Source: a virus
Length of the DNA stretch: 64,000 nt
Reading direction: 5' to 3' (one strand)
IMG/VR virus record: IMGVR_UViG_3300042934_000727
Span: 6,185-70,184 of that record
Part shown: positions 28,312 to 38,098 of the stretch, piece by piece
Layout of the letters: the number at the start of each line of letters is the position of its first letter
How positions within the stretch are numbered: position 1 is the stretch's first letter
The notes under the pieces: generated by a model
Told to the model about the DNA's origin: nothing
The model's database searches: none
Seen by the model: only the letters and a program-made list of their open reading frames with translations
Program-made: the position numbers and the translations under genes

Positions 28312-28824
28312 ATGCAGGGAACGGTTTTGCTGGGCAAGGGCAAGTCGATCGACGATGCCCTCCTCGAGGCGGCCGTCATGGACCTCTCCGCCGAGGAGAC
28401 CTCCGCCCGCCTGCGCGGAGCCCTGTCCCCCGCGCGCGTCATGCTCCGCTGGAAGGAGCTGCTGCGCTCGAACACCTGGCTCGAGGCGGCCGAGCGCGAG
28501 CAGGCGCTCCTCCGTGTCCTCCAGAGTAACCTCGTCGACCTGCAGAGCGCAGAAGGCCTCGGCGCCGACGGCTACAAGATCCAGCTCTCCATCATCCGCG
28601 AGCTCTTCGCGCGCCTCGACAAGCGCCAGGCGGCCACGCAGGAGGAGCTGAACACCTACAACCAGAACGTCGGAGCGGTCCTCGGCCGCGTCGTCGACAT
28701 GAGCCTCTCGTACATGAAGGGCGCCCTGCGCGATCAGGTCGACCCCGAGAAGTGGGACGAGCTCACTCAGGAAGCCCTCGTACTCGCCTGGAACGAGATC
28801 GAGAAGAAACAGGTCGAGGCGTGA
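28312..28824 (+). CDS. Putative terminase small subunit
   Basis: Helical protein coupled directly upstream of terminase large subunit; leaderless ATG after TAGACT. Confidence 0.6.
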   Translation: MQGTVLLGKGKSIDDALLEAAVMDLSAEETSARLRGALSPARVMLRWKELLRSNTWLEAAEREQALLRVLQSNLVDLQSAEGLGADGYKIQLSIIRELFARLDKRQAATQEELNTYNQNVGAVLGRVVDMSLSYMKGALRDQVDPEKWDELTQEALVLAWNEIEKKQVEA

Positions 28825-30524
28825 CCATCCTCGACACCGCGGTTTTCGACGCCGCGATGGACGAGATTCGACAGCGCTCCAAGAAGGCGCTCTACCAGCG
28901 CGACTTCGCCGCCTGGCTGAGCGACGTGCTCGGCGAGCGGATGTACGACAAGATGGCCGAGGTCAGCGACGACGTGCTGTTCGGTAAGCACCCGCGCACC
29001 CTCGTGAAGTCCGCCAACGGTACAGGCAAGACGCACTCCGCCGCGCGCTGGGTGATGTGGTGGGTGACCGCCTTCCCGAAGGAGGAGTCGCTCGCGATTC
29101 TCACCGCGCCCACGCTGAAGCAGGTGCGACTCGGCGTGCTCGCCTACCTCAAAGAGTCGTACGGCTACGTCAAGCTCAAGGCCCAGGCCGAGGGCAAGCC
29201 GATGCCGTGGCCCGGTTGGATCAGCGAGCAGGACGAGTGGCGCTACGCCACCATGGGCGGAAACCAGACTCTCGCCGTCGCCCGAGTGCCCGGCGCCTCC
29301 GACGCGATCTCCACCTTCCAGGGTCTCCGCAAGACCGGTGGTCGGAACTTCATCTCGCTCGACGAGGCCGGCGGTGTCTCGCGCGACATCTTCACTGCAA
29401 TCGACGCCCTGATGACCTCGGGCGACGCGCGCATGGGCGGCATCGGGAACCCCGACCGCCGCGGCACCGCGTTCTACGACGCCTTCAACGACCCCCGCCT
29501 GGCCCGCGAGTACCAGCTCCACACGATCACCGCCTACGACACCCCGAACCTCACCGGCGAGGTCGTCTACAAGGACGACCCCGACAAGGAGCGCATGCTC
29601 CGCAACGGCCTCATCTCGGCCCGCTGGGTCTTCGAGCGAGAGCGCATGTGGAAGACCGGCGGCGAGGTCGTCTACGACCCGAAGGCGGAGGCCGAGCGCA
29701 ACCTCACCGGCCGCCCCGACGGTCGCTTCAAGGCGAAGGTCGGCGGCCAGTTCCCCGACGAGGACGACCACACGTTCTTCCCCGAGGAGCCCATCAACGC
29801 AGCCCGTCACCGTGAGCTCCCCGCTGAGCAGATCTCGGCCGCGCCGATCGTGCTGGGTGTTGACCTTGCGACCACTGGTACGGATGAGTCCGTTGTGATG
29901 ATGAACAAGGGCGGCCGCGTCCGTCTGTTCGACGGCAAGGTGAAGTACGACGACGGAGGTGAAGAGCGCGAGACCGAGGGCACCTGGGCCAAGGAGGACG
30001 AGCTCTCGAACGCGCGCCGCGTGCACGCCATCGCGACCTACGTCGGCGCCACAGAGGTCCGCCTCGACGCAGGTGGTATCGGTGCCGGCATCGCCACGAA
30101 CCTCGAGCGTCTCGACGAGTTCAAGGGCAAGCAGTACGTCGTCATCCGCGTCAACGGCGCGGTCGCAGCGACCGACTCCGCCCGCTGGGCCAACGCGCGC
30201 GCGCAGAACCACGACCAGCTGCGCGAGCAGCTCGCCGACAACCTCCTCGACCTCGACTACGACGACGATGTTCTGAAGGACCAGCTGCTCGCTGTCACCT
30301 ACGACCTAAACAAACGCGGCGCCGTCCAGATCACCCCGAAGAAGGACATGCGGACGGAGATGCACGGCTCTCCCGACCGCCTCGACGCCGTGATCTACGC
30401 CGTCATCAACACCGACGCGATCATGAACCCGCCGCTCGGCGACATGCAGCGCGGAGACGTGCTCTCGATCGACCCGTGGGAACTGCTGCAGTACTCGCGT
30501 GAAGACGACGCATACCCGGTCTGA
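28821..30524 (+). CDS. terL: Terminase large subunit
   Basis: SANGTGKT Walker A, SLDEAGG Walker B, IGNP coupling motif, LGVDLA nuclease and SPDRLDA. Confidence 0.93.
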   Translation: MTILDTAVFDAAMDEIRQRSKKALYQRDFAAWLSDVLGERMYDKMAEVSDDVLFGKHPRTLVKSANGTGKTHSAARWVMWWVTAFPKEESLAILTAPTLKQVRLGVLAYLKESYGYVKLKAQAEGKPMPWPGWISEQDEWRYATMGGNQTLAVARVPGASDAISTFQGLRKTGGRNFISLDEAGGVSRDIFTAIDALMTSGDARMGGIGNPDRRGTAFYDAFNDPRLAREYQLHTITAYDTPNLTGEVVYKDDPDKERMLRNGLISARWVFERERMWKTGGEVVYDPKAEAERNLTGRPDGRFKAKVGGQFPDEDDHTFFPEEPINAARHRELPAEQISAAPIVLGVDLATTGTDESVVMMNKGGRVRLFDGKVKYDDGGEERETEGTWAKEDELSNARRVHAIATYVGATEVRLDAGGIGAGIATNLERLDEFKGKQYVVIRVNGAVAATDSARWANARAQNHDQLREQLADNLLDLDYDDDVLKDQLLAVTYDLNKRGAVQITPKKDMRTEMHGSPDRLDAVIYAVINTDAIMNPPLGDMQRGDVLSIDPWELLQYSREDDAYPV

Positions 30525-30568
30525 ACCCCGGCGATACCGGCCCGACCGACCCTAGACTCCGCGTCACC

Positions 30569-32083
30569 ATGTCAGACGCTCACGTACACGCCCTCCTCGA
30601 GACCTTTGGCGAAGCCGCCGCTGAATCGCCTGCCGTGAAGGAGGCGTTCGACCGCGCCATGGCGCTGCTCCGTCGCGAGGACCAGGGCTACATCGCGGTC
30701 TACGGCGCCGGCGGGGCCCAGAACCTCGACAGCCAGTTCGGCCTCACGCTCGAGAGCCTGAAGGAGTGGGGCCGCAAGATCCGCGAGTCCGTCGTGGCTG
30801 CCCCCTGGATGGGCGCCGGCTTCCGGCGACGCTACGACTACATCTGGGAAGGCGGCATCCGGTACGGCAACATCCCGGAGCCCACCCGCGGCAAGAAGAA
30901 CCTCCAGGAGGTCATCGACGACCCCGAGAACCAGCTGCACTTCTTCGGAGATGACGCACGCCGCGCCCGCGAGGAGTGCCTCTACGCGGAAGGCATCGCC
31001 TTCTGGATCGGCCACAAGGGCACGAAGAGCATCGAAGCCATCCCGCTCCGTCAGATCACCGACCATCTCCTGCAGCCGTCCGGTCTCGGGTACGCCTGGG
31101 CCTACAAGCGCGAGTGGTCCGAGGTCGATCTCGCCACCGGCGAGACCAAGGAGCAGGTGCGCTGGTACTTCACCGACCGCTTCGAGAAGCGCCGCGTCAA
31201 GGAGATCGTGCCGAAGGGCGGCGGCGACCCCATCCCCGTCGACCAGGACCACGTCATCTTCGACATGATCGCCAACGGATCCACCGGCCTCGTCTACGGC
31301 GCCCCCGACGCCCTGGCTGCCTGGGTCTGGAACGGCATCGCCCGCGACGCCACCATGGACGGCCGCGCGATGACGCAGGCGCTCGCCACCTTCGCGCTCA
31401 AGGCCTCCGTCAAGAGCAAGGAGGGCGAGAAGAACACCAGCCTGCAGCTCGCTACCCCGCACGGCGCCGGATCCACCGCGGTGCTCGGCCAGGCGAACGA
31501 CCTGGTCCCGCTGTCCACGGCCGGCAAGGGCTACGACTTCAGCCCCCTCAACTTCCTCACCGCGATCGTCGCCACCTCCCTCGACATCCCGGCCATCCAC
31601 CTGACCGCGAACCCCGACGAATCCGGCTCCGGCGCCTCGCAGGCGCTCGACCTGCCGACCCGCCTCGCCATGGAAGCCCGCCGGCGCGAGCACATCGCGC
31701 TCGACAAGCGCGTGCTCACCTGGATGGGCGTCACCAAGCCCGACGTGACCTTCGCCCCCTTCAGCTCCGGCGACCAGATCTACCGCCAGGTGCAGGCTCT
31801 CGTCCTGCAGCTCGACAAGGGCGCGATCGACATCCAGGAATTCCGCGACGCCCTCGACGACCTGTACGCCCGACCGAACGGCAAGGCGCCGAAGACCTCC
31901 GAGCGCGCGGACGTGCTGCTCGCGAAGGAGATGGCGAAGATCGAGAAGGCGAACGCGCCCACGCCGGCCCCCGCGGCTGACGGCGCCGCTCTCCCTCAGG
32001 TCGCCAGCCCGAACCAGGGGCGCTCCAACGGCACGGGCGGCCAGGACGGCGGAAACGCCTCCAACGACATCCGGCGCGAATAG
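30569..32083 (+). CDS. Portal protein
   Basis: Synteny after terminase, 504 aa, GLVYGAPD motif. Confidence 0.85.
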   Translation: MSDAHVHALLETFGEAAAESPAVKEAFDRAMALLRREDQGYIAVYGAGGAQNLDSQFGLTLESLKEWGRKIRESVVAAPWMGAGFRRRYDYIWEGGIRYGNIPEPTRGKKNLQEVIDDPENQLHFFGDDARRAREECLYAEGIAFWIGHKGTKSIEAIPLRQITDHLLQPSGLGYAWAYKREWSEVDLATGETKEQVRWYFTDRFEKRRVKEIVPKGGGDPIPVDQDHVIFDMIANGSTGLVYGAPDALAAWVWNGIARDATMDGRAMTQALATFALKASVKSKEGEKNTSLQLATPHGAGSTAVLGQANDLVPLSTAGKGYDFSPLNFLTAIVATSLDIPAIHLTANPDESGSGASQALDLPTRLAMEARRREHIALDKRVLTWMGVTKPDVTFAPFSSGDQIYRQVQALVLQLDKGAIDIQEFRDALDDLYARPNGKAPKTSERADVLLAKEMAKIEKANAPTPAPAADGAALPQVASPNQGRSNGTGGQDGGNASNDIRRE

Positions 32084-32135
32084 CTGGATACCGAACCCCC
32101 TCAGGTAGTGAAAAGTCGACTCTAGACTCCGCGCC

Positions 32136-33110
32136 ATGCCCAAGACCCGGACTTATGTGCAGGAGGCCTCTCGCCTTGCCGAGAAGCGCGCCGACGGCAC
32201 CTACCGCGTCGTCCTCATCACCGAGGGCACGGGCTCGACGGGCGTCTACTCGGCAGAGCTCATGGACTCCTCGGTCCACGTCTTCGAGAACGCCCCGTCC
32301 TACATGGACCACCCGATCGACCCCGAGCACCCCGAGCGGCGCCCCGTCCTGAGCATCGGTGGTCGCTTCAGCAACGTCGAAGCCGAGGACGGCGAACACG
32401 GCCGCCAGCTCGCCGCGGACTTCAAGCCGCGCGAGGAGTTCCGGCCCCTCTTCGAGGAGTTCGGCGACGTGCTCGGCCTCTCGATCTTCTGCGGCGCGTA
32501 CGGCGAGAAGGACCAGAGCGGCCGTGTGGTCGTCGAGGCCTTCGACGACACCGACCCGTACCGCTCCGTGGACATCGTCGTCGCTGCCGGCCGCGGCGGC
32601 CGCTTCAAGCGCGCGCAGGAGTCGCTGCGCACCATCGAGTCTTCCCTCGGCATCCCCGAGGGCAACCAGCCTGGGTCAACCTCGGCCCCGGATTCCACCA
32701 ACCTGCAGGAGAACACCATGGATCCCAAGGCTCTCGCGGAGGCGCTCGTGCCCCTCCTCGCCGACGCCCTCAAGCCCATGACCGACTTCCTCGCGGAAGA
32801 GGGCGCACGTCGCCAGGCCGAGGCTGACGCTGCGGCCCAGACCCCGGAAGTGAAGGATGCCGTCGAGGCCGCCATCACCTCCGTCGAGGCCATCAAGGCC
32901 GCGAAGGTTCTGCCCTCGTTCGAGACGAAGCTCATCGAGTCCGCCAAGACGGGCGCCGATGTCACCGCGGACCTCGAGTTCGCGAAGACGGTCACCGCAG
33001 AAGCCAAGGGGCCGAAGGCTCCCGAGGCCTTCCCCTCGTCCTACGTCCACGAGTCGGCCACCGGCGCCAGCGCCGATGACGACTTCTCGCTCAACCTCGG
33101 AGGCCGCTGA
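32136..33110 (+). CDS. Capsid maturation protease/scaffold fusion
   Basis: YMDHP and GLSI catalytic-like motifs, Ala/Glu-rich C-terminus, synteny. Confidence 0.8.
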   Translation: MPKTRTYVQEASRLAEKRADGTYRVVLITEGTGSTGVYSAELMDSSVHVFENAPSYMDHPIDPEHPERRPVLSIGGRFSNVEAEDGEHGRQLAADFKPREEFRPLFEEFGDVLGLSIFCGAYGEKDQSGRVVVEAFDDTDPYRSVDIVVAAGRGGRFKRAQESLRTIESSLGIPEGNQPGSTSAPDSTNLQENTMDPKALAEALVPLLADALKPMTDFLAEEGARRQAEADAAAQTPEVKDAVEAAITSVEAIKAAKVLPSFETKLIESAKTGADVTADLEFAKTVTAEAKGPKAPEAFPSSYVHESATGASADDDFSLNLGGR

Positions 33111-33577
33111 TGAGCGCATCTGCAACGAAGGCCCGCGCCACCCAGGCGGTCTTCTCCCACACCCACCTCGACGGTGAGTCGACGATCTGGGACGTGCCCG
33201 CGGGCACCGAGTCCCGGACCCTCGTCCGCGATGGCGACACGTTCGCCGTCACGCTGACCCGCGCCCCCGGTGGCACCGGTCGTGATGAGCTGGCGATCGG
33301 CCCGTTCAAGGTCTCCCGCGAGCAGCTCGTCGGCGTGAGCAACGAAGAGGCGGTCGCCGTTGGCGAGCACGCCGTCGGCGTCACCCCGCACGGCACCTGG
33401 GAGTTCGAGGGCATCGTCGGCGCCACGGTCGACACCCCGCAGAGCACCCCCGTCTACGTGGAGGCCGACGGCGATCTCACGGTCACCGAGGGCACCAACA
33501 CCCGCGTCGGCGTCGTCAACTACCCCGGCACCTACACCAAGGTCGCCGGCACCCTTCCCATCAAGATCGGAGCCTGA
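33110..33577 (+). CDS. Capsid decoration/cement protein
   Basis: Beta-rich 155 aa between scaffold and major capsid protein. Confidence 0.6.
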   Translation: MSASATKARATQAVFSHTHLDGESTIWDVPAGTESRTLVRDGDTFAVTLTRAPGGTGRDELAIGPFKVSREQLVGVSNEEAVAVGEHAVGVTPHGTWEFEGIVGATVDTPQSTPVYVEADGDLTVTEGTNTRVGVVNYPGTYTKVAGTLPIKIGA

Positions 33578-33579
33578 GC

Positions 33580-34722
33580 ATGGAGAACCTGCTCGAGCAG
33601 TACAAGAACCAGTTCACGCTGGACGGCAAGCTGAAGCCGCAGCCCGGCGTGACCAAGGAGAAGGTGAAGGAGGCCAAGCGCCTCTTCACCGGCGCGCAGG
33701 CGGGCTCGTACGTCGCCGAGGGTCAGCTCAAGGAGCTGTTCTCTTCGACCGACCTCTCGTTCTCGATGGCGCACCTCCTCAACATCGACCTCATCCCGCA
33801 GCTGCCCAAGGAGGCAGAGCAGGTGGAGAACCTCGCCGGCTACCGCCTGGTGAAGGACTTCAACCCGGTCGTGCTGCGCTCCATCATCGGGCGCGACGGT
33901 GTCGAGGGTGCGGGCGTCGACTCGCGCGGTGCGGCTGCGGTCGTCCCCGAGGGCACGCCCTACCCGATCGTCACCGTGAAGAGCGACGAGGAGTCGTTCT
34001 ACTCGAAGCTGTCGAAGCGCGGTTTCGCGTTCGACCTGACCTTCGAGGCGATCATCAACGACCTCATCGGCGAGCTCGAGGGCCTGCCGACCGAGTTCCT
34101 GAAGACCACGGGCAAGACGTACTACGCCGAGGTCTTCGACGCGCTGGAGAAGGCCGGCCAGTTCCTCGAGTCCGTCACCCTGCCGAACGGCGAGTCGACG
34201 GTCCCGAACGCTCCGGTCTCGGCCGCGGCGATCATCGCGGCCGCGGTCGCGTACGAGAACCGTGCGATCAACGGCAACAAGCTGGGCGCCGCGTCGAGCT
34301 ACAACGTCATCGTCCCGAAGGGCCGCAAGCGCTTCCTGGACTACGACATCCTGCAGTACGGCCGCATCATCCAGGTGCAGGACGGCAACCTCACGCTGGC
34401 CCCGGACTCCGCGATCCAGGCGCTCTTCCCGAGCATCGAGATCATCGAGTCCGACCGCGTGACCGGCTCGGAGTGGTACTTCTACCCGAAGCCCGGCTCC
34501 ACCAGCCGTCCGGTCCTCGAGCGCCTCGGCCTCCGTGGCTACGAGACGCCGGAGATCCGCGTCCGCAACGACCAGGGCTTCTACCCCGGTGGCGGCCAGG
34601 TCGGCATGTGGCAGGGCGGGTTCGTGGCCGACACGGCCTCGTACCGCTACCGCCTCATCACCGGTGCGGTCCTCTGGGACGACACCTTCGTGGTCCGCTC
34701 CAAGGGCACCGGCCAGGCCTGA
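33580..34722 (+). CDS. Major capsid protein (HK97 fold)
   Basis: Synteny, size, VPEGTPYP and FEAIINDLIG segments, strongly biased codons. Confidence 0.88.
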   Translation: MENLLEQYKNQFTLDGKLKPQPGVTKEKVKEAKRLFTGAQAGSYVAEGQLKELFSSTDLSFSMAHLLNIDLIPQLPKEAEQVENLAGYRLVKDFNPVVLRSIIGRDGVEGAGVDSRGAAAVVPEGTPYPIVTVKSDEESFYSKLSKRGFAFDLTFEAIINDLIGELEGLPTEFLKTTGKTYYAEVFDALEKAGQFLESVTLPNGESTVPNAPVSAAAIIAAAVAYENRAINGNKLGAASSYNVIVPKGRKRFLDYDILQYGRIIQVQDGNLTLAPDSAIQALFPSIEIIESDRVTGSEWYFYPKPGSTSRPVLERLGLRGYETPEIRVRNDQGFYPGGGQVGMWQGGFVADTASYRYRLITGAVLWDDTFVVRSKGTGQA

Positions 34723-34745
34723 CCCGGGCCGATAGCTAGCTAATC

Positions 34746-34772
34746 GGGGGCGGGGCCACGAGCCTCGCCCCC
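34746..34772 (+). terminator. Hairpin after capsid gene, preceded by operator ATAGCTAGCTAA (34732-34743)
   Basis: ggggcgggg...cctcgcccc. Confidence 0.55.
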
Positions 34773-34793
34773 ATCAGCAGAACAGGAGACACC

Positions 34794-35027
34794 GTGTCCA
34801 CACCTCGCCCCATCCGCCTCACCACGGTCGCGTCGAATCCGTCGCGCACCGAGCCGCAGGAGTACGCCGTGATCGGCGGCCTGCCGACGGCGACCGCGAC
34901 CAAGGCCGGCGGCATCAAGCGTGCCAGCGCCACCCCGAACTCGACCGCGACCGATGTCCCTGGCGTCGTCGCGGACCTCAACGCGCTGCTCGCCAAGCTG
35001 CGCACCGCGGGCGTCATCGCGTCCTGA
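34794..35027 (+). CDS. Head fiber-like protein
   Basis: ATATKAGGIK...ATDVPGVVADLNALLAKLRTAGVI pattern. Confidence 0.7.
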   Translation: MSTPRPIRLTTVASNPSRTEPQEYAVIGGLPTATATKAGGIKRASATPNSTATDVPGVVADLNALLAKLRTAGVIAS

Positions 35028-35101
35028 CCTTCAGCCCGACTGAAACCCGGCCCTCTCGGATCACGCCTTCCGAGGGGGCCGGACCAATGCAAGGAGATCG
35101 C

Positions 35102-35530
35102 ATGAACAAGGGCAAGGCCCCGCTCGACCCGAACACCCTCCTCGGCCAGCTCCGCGTCTTCGTGGGCGACGTCCAGAGCTCGCCCCTGGAGCCCGCAGAG
35201 GAAGGGTGGGGCAGCTACGCCATCTTCGGCGACGAGTCGCTCCTGGGGGCACTGGCGGCCGCCGGCGACAACCTCAACCGCGCCGCGGGCAACCTCTTCG
35301 CCACCCTGGCTGTCGAATACATGCAGCTCGGCAAGAGCGTGCGCACCGACGACCTCGCAATCGACACCCGCGGCCGCGGCAAGGACCTCCTCGAGGTCGC
35401 CCGCTCCTTCTGGGAACAGGCCGCGCTGAGCGATGCCGCCACCGGCGGGGACATCTTCGCCGTCGTCGGCCCCGCCGGCCGCGCCGCCCCCGTGGTGCGC
35501 CCGGAGGCTACGCCGTGGCCGATCCTCTGA
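35102..35530 (+). CDS. Head-to-tail adaptor
   Basis: GQLRVFVGD motif, synteny after capsid gene. Confidence 0.7.
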   Translation: MNKGKAPLDPNTLLGQLRVFVGDVQSSPLEPAEEGWGSYAIFGDESLLGALAAAGDNLNRAAGNLFATLAVEYMQLGKSVRTDDLAIDTRGRGKDLLEVARSFWEQAALSDAATGGDIFAVVGPAGRAAPVVRPEATPWPIL

Positions 35531-35819
35531 GCTGAGGCGAACGCCGCCGCACCGCGGGGCGCCAGACGGTCACCTGTCGCGTCCCGCGGTCAGTCTCGAA
35601 GCGCACGACGCAGACGCGGTCGTTCGAGGCGACCACGAACCCGGGCACCTGCTCTGCCACGCGATCCGGCCACTGCACCCAGATCCACACGGGCGGCTGC
35701 TCCCCCACCGGCTCCCACTCGAGCTCCTGCGGGCCGTGCGCGCGCGGCGGCAGCGTCACCGGCGGAACCGCCTCGATCACCTGGCGGAGCTTCTCGTCCG
35801 TCACCTTGTTCGAGCCCAA
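35508..35819 (-). CDS. Hypothetical protein next to attP
   Basis: AGGAGG RBS before TTG at 35819. Confidence 0.6.
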   Translation of the reverse strand: MGSNKVTDEKLRQVIEAVPPVTLPPRAHGPQELEWEPVGEQPPVWIWVQWPDRVAEQVPGFVVASNDRVCVVRFETDRGTRQVTVWRPAVRRRSPQLRGSATA

Positions 35820-35831
35820 TCCGTGTCCTCC

Positions 35832-36091
35832 TGCTACACGTTTGCTACACGCCGGCCCTCGCAGCAATGACGAAGGCCCGGACTTCGTTGGAAATCCGGG
35901 CCTTTTTCCGAGCCACCTAAGGGAATCGAACCCTTGACCTATTCATTACGAGTGCGATCATGGCATGTAGTTCGATGATGCGGGAAGTTGAATCGAGTGT
36001 CAAACCGCGAGATTCCGCGGGAGTGACCTCTACCGCTAGTTGAGGGTTGTGGGGGCAAAAGTAGTCTCGTTGCTACACGTTCTGCTACACG
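35832..36091. mobile_element. attP site: 45-bp core = 3' half of tRNA-Thr(CGT) at 35910-35954 (minus strand), flanked by arm-type repeats
   Basis: Reverse complement cactcgtaatgaataggtcaagggttcgattcccttaggtggctc (anticodon loop CTCGTAA, T-arm, acceptor 3' strand); TGCTACACG pairs at 35832/35843 and 36071/36083. Confidence 0.88.
35873..35907. terminator. Intrinsic terminator next to att core
   Basis: aaggcccggacttc-gttg-gaaatccgggcctt followed by T run. Confidence 0.75.
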
Positions 36092-37110
36092 CGGGGGTCG
36101 GTCATGGCGGCCATGAACTTGTCCGACGGCACGAGGGCCAGGTGGGCGTAGCGCTCCGTCACCCGGATGGAGCTGTGGCCCATGAGCTTACTGACCTCCT
36201 GGATTGTGAGCCCGGCCTGCAGCAGCCATGACGCGTACGTGTGGCGAAGGTCGTGCGGCCGGCCGCCGGTGTTGAGATCGTTCCACACATCCCGGCGCCA
36301 GTTCGATGAATTCGTGTGCGGGAAGACGAACGGGCCGCCCTCCTTCACGAAGGGCTTGATCTCGGCGACCACCCAGTCGGGGATCGGCACATCGCGGATC
36401 TTCCGGCTCTTCGGGTACTTCTTGACGACGCCGGTCGCCTGGTCGCGAACGTGCGTCACGCGGATCATCCGGCGCTTCAGGTCCACCCGCTCGGGCGCGA
36501 GCCCGGCCATCTCACCCCAGCGCAGGCCGCAGCCGACGAGGAGTGCGAGCATGGCGCGGTCCCGCGGGCGGTCCTTGAGCTTCTTCATCATCTTCGCGAC
36601 CTGCTTGCGCGTGAAGAATCGCATGATGTCCGTCTCCCCCGGCTCGAGGCCGAGGCGGAAGGTCGGGTTGGCGCGGATGATCTCAGCGTCGACGGCCGCC
36701 GACAGGGACATCGAGAAGACGCGCACGTTGCGGGTGACGCTGGACTCGGCGAGCCCCTTCTTCTGGAGCACCGTCACCCACTCCTTCACGGCGAATCGGG
36801 TGATGTCCACGAGGGGCACGTTCTCCCAGTGCGGCATGAGGTGGTTCTTCACCGCGGAGGCGTCGGCTCGCTTCGTCGACGGAGCCGGGTTGTGCGACGC
36901 CCACCAGGTCTCGTACCAGTCGCCCCACGTCCGCTTCCCGGAGGCCGGGTCGCGCCAGCCCGGCTTCGACGCCTCGTTCTCCGCGAGGGTCGCCTCGGCG
37001 ATCGCGCGCTTCTCGTGCGGGAAGGTGCCGGCCGAGCGCGCCTTACCGTCCGGCCCGCGATACAGCGCGCGCCAGTTGCCAGAGGGGAGAGATTGCGTCC
37101 AAGCCACCAT
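36085..37110 (-). CDS. int: Tyrosine integrase
   Basis: GLRWGE, K (PKS), HDLRHTYAS, MGHSS, TERY catalytic residues; N-terminal arm-binding domain. Confidence 0.95.
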   Translation of the reverse strand: MVAWTQSLPSGNWRALYRGPDGKARSAGTFPHEKRAIAEATLAENEASKPGWRDPASGKRTWGDWYETWWASHNPAPSTKRADASAVKNHLMPHWENVPLVDITRFAVKEWVTVLQKKGLAESSVTRNVRVFSMSLSAAVDAEIIRANPTFRLGLEPGETDIMRFFTRKQVAKMMKKLKDRPRDRAMLALLVGCGLRWGEMAGLAPERVDLKRRMIRVTHVRDQATGVVKKYPKSRKIRDVPIPDWVVAEIKPFVKEGGPFVFPHTNSSNWRRDVWNDLNTGGRPHDLRHTYASWLLQAGLTIQEVSKLMGHSSIRVTERYAHLALVPSDKFMAAMTDPRV

Positions 37111-37138
37111 TGCACCGTAGCATTTAGCTAGCTAATGT
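37110..37138 (+). promoter_or_regulatory. xis promoter with perfect operator TTAGCTAGCTAA (37124-37135) over the spacer and -10
   Basis: TTGCAC-17 bp-TAATGT in the int/xis divergent gap. Confidence 0.65.
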
Positions 37139-37169
37139 TGAAGATCCGAGACTTAAGAGAGGGGACACC

Positions 37170-37373
37170 ATGAGGTTTCTGACGATGGATGAGCTGGTGA
37201 AGGAGTCGGGCATCTCCCGCTTCACGCTCATGCCGGCGCTGCAGCGCGGCGATCTGCACGGCTTCCAGCGCGTGAAGCGCGGGACGTGGCGAGTTGACCG
37301 CCCGTGCTTCGACGCCTGGATGGCCGGCGAGAAGTGCGAGCACCAGACCGCGAAGAAGGGGAAGGCCGCGTGA
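37170..37373 (+). CDS. xis: Excisionase (HTH_17/MerR-like RDF)
   Basis: FLTMDEL...GISRFTL...GDLHG...GTWRV pattern; divergent from integrase. Confidence 0.8.
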   Translation: MRFLTMDELVKESGISRFTLMPALQRGDLHGFQRVKRGTWRVDRPCFDAWMAGEKCEHQTAKKGKAA

Positions 37374-38098
37374 AGTTCCTGGATCTGTTCTGCTGCCAGG
37401 GCGGCGCATCCACCGGGTACACGCGAGCCGGGTTCACCGTCTACGGCGTCGACATCGACCCGCAGCCGCACTACCCGTTCCCCTTCCACCAGGGCGACGC
37501 GTTGGATGTGATGCGACGACTGATCGCTGGCGAGGCGATTCCCTTCACGCACCCAAGCGGCCTGGTGGAGCTCCTGTGGCTGCACGACTTCGTCGCCGCA
37601 GGAGCCAGCCCGCCCTGCCAGGGGTACACGGCCCTGAAGGCCGTCCACGGCAACGAGTGGCCGCTGCTCATCGAACCGACCCGCGACCTGCTCGACGAAA
37701 TGGGCATCCCGTACGTCATCGAGAACGTGCAGGGCTCGCCCCTGCGCCGTGACATGACTCTCTGCGGGCTGATGTTCGGCCTGCGCGTCTTCCGACACCG
37801 TTACTTCGAGCTGGGCGGCTGGGCGGCCGCCGCACCCGCGCACCCTTCTCACAAGGGCCACCGAGTCTCGGGGTGGCGGCACGGTGTCCGTTACGAGGGC
37901 GACATGGTCGCGGTCTACGGCGAAGGCGGCGGCAAGGGGTCAGTAGCCGACTGGCAAGCCGCGATGGGTATCGACTGGACCAGCGACCGGCACGGCATCG
38001 CTGAGGCCATCCCACCTGCCTACACCGAGCACATCGGTCTGCAGTTGCTCGAGCACCTCGCCCCGACGCGGGCGGTCGATGTGGCGGTGGCCGCGTGA
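37370..38098 (+). CDS. C5 DNA cytosine methyltransferase
   Basis: LDLFCCQGG (I), ASPPCQ (IV), IENV (VI), RHR (VIII), EAIPPAY (X). Confidence 0.88.
   Translation: MKFLDLFCCQGGASTGYTRAGFTVYGVDIDPQPHYPFPFHQGDALDVMRRLIAGEAIPFTHPSGLVELLWLHDFVAAGASPPCQGYTALKAVHGNEWPLLIEPTRDLLDEMGIPYVIENVQGSPLRRDMTLCGLMFGLRVFRHRYFELGGWAAAAPAHPSHKGHRVSGWRHGVRYEGDMVAVYGEGGGKGSVADWQAAMGIDWTSDRHGIAEAIPPAYTEHIGLQLLEHLAPTRAVDVAVAA

Noticed and set aside
35910-35954. tRNA-Thr gene
   Set aside because: Only the anticodon loop to 3' end is present; the D-arm and 5' acceptor strand are absent, so it is treated as the att core
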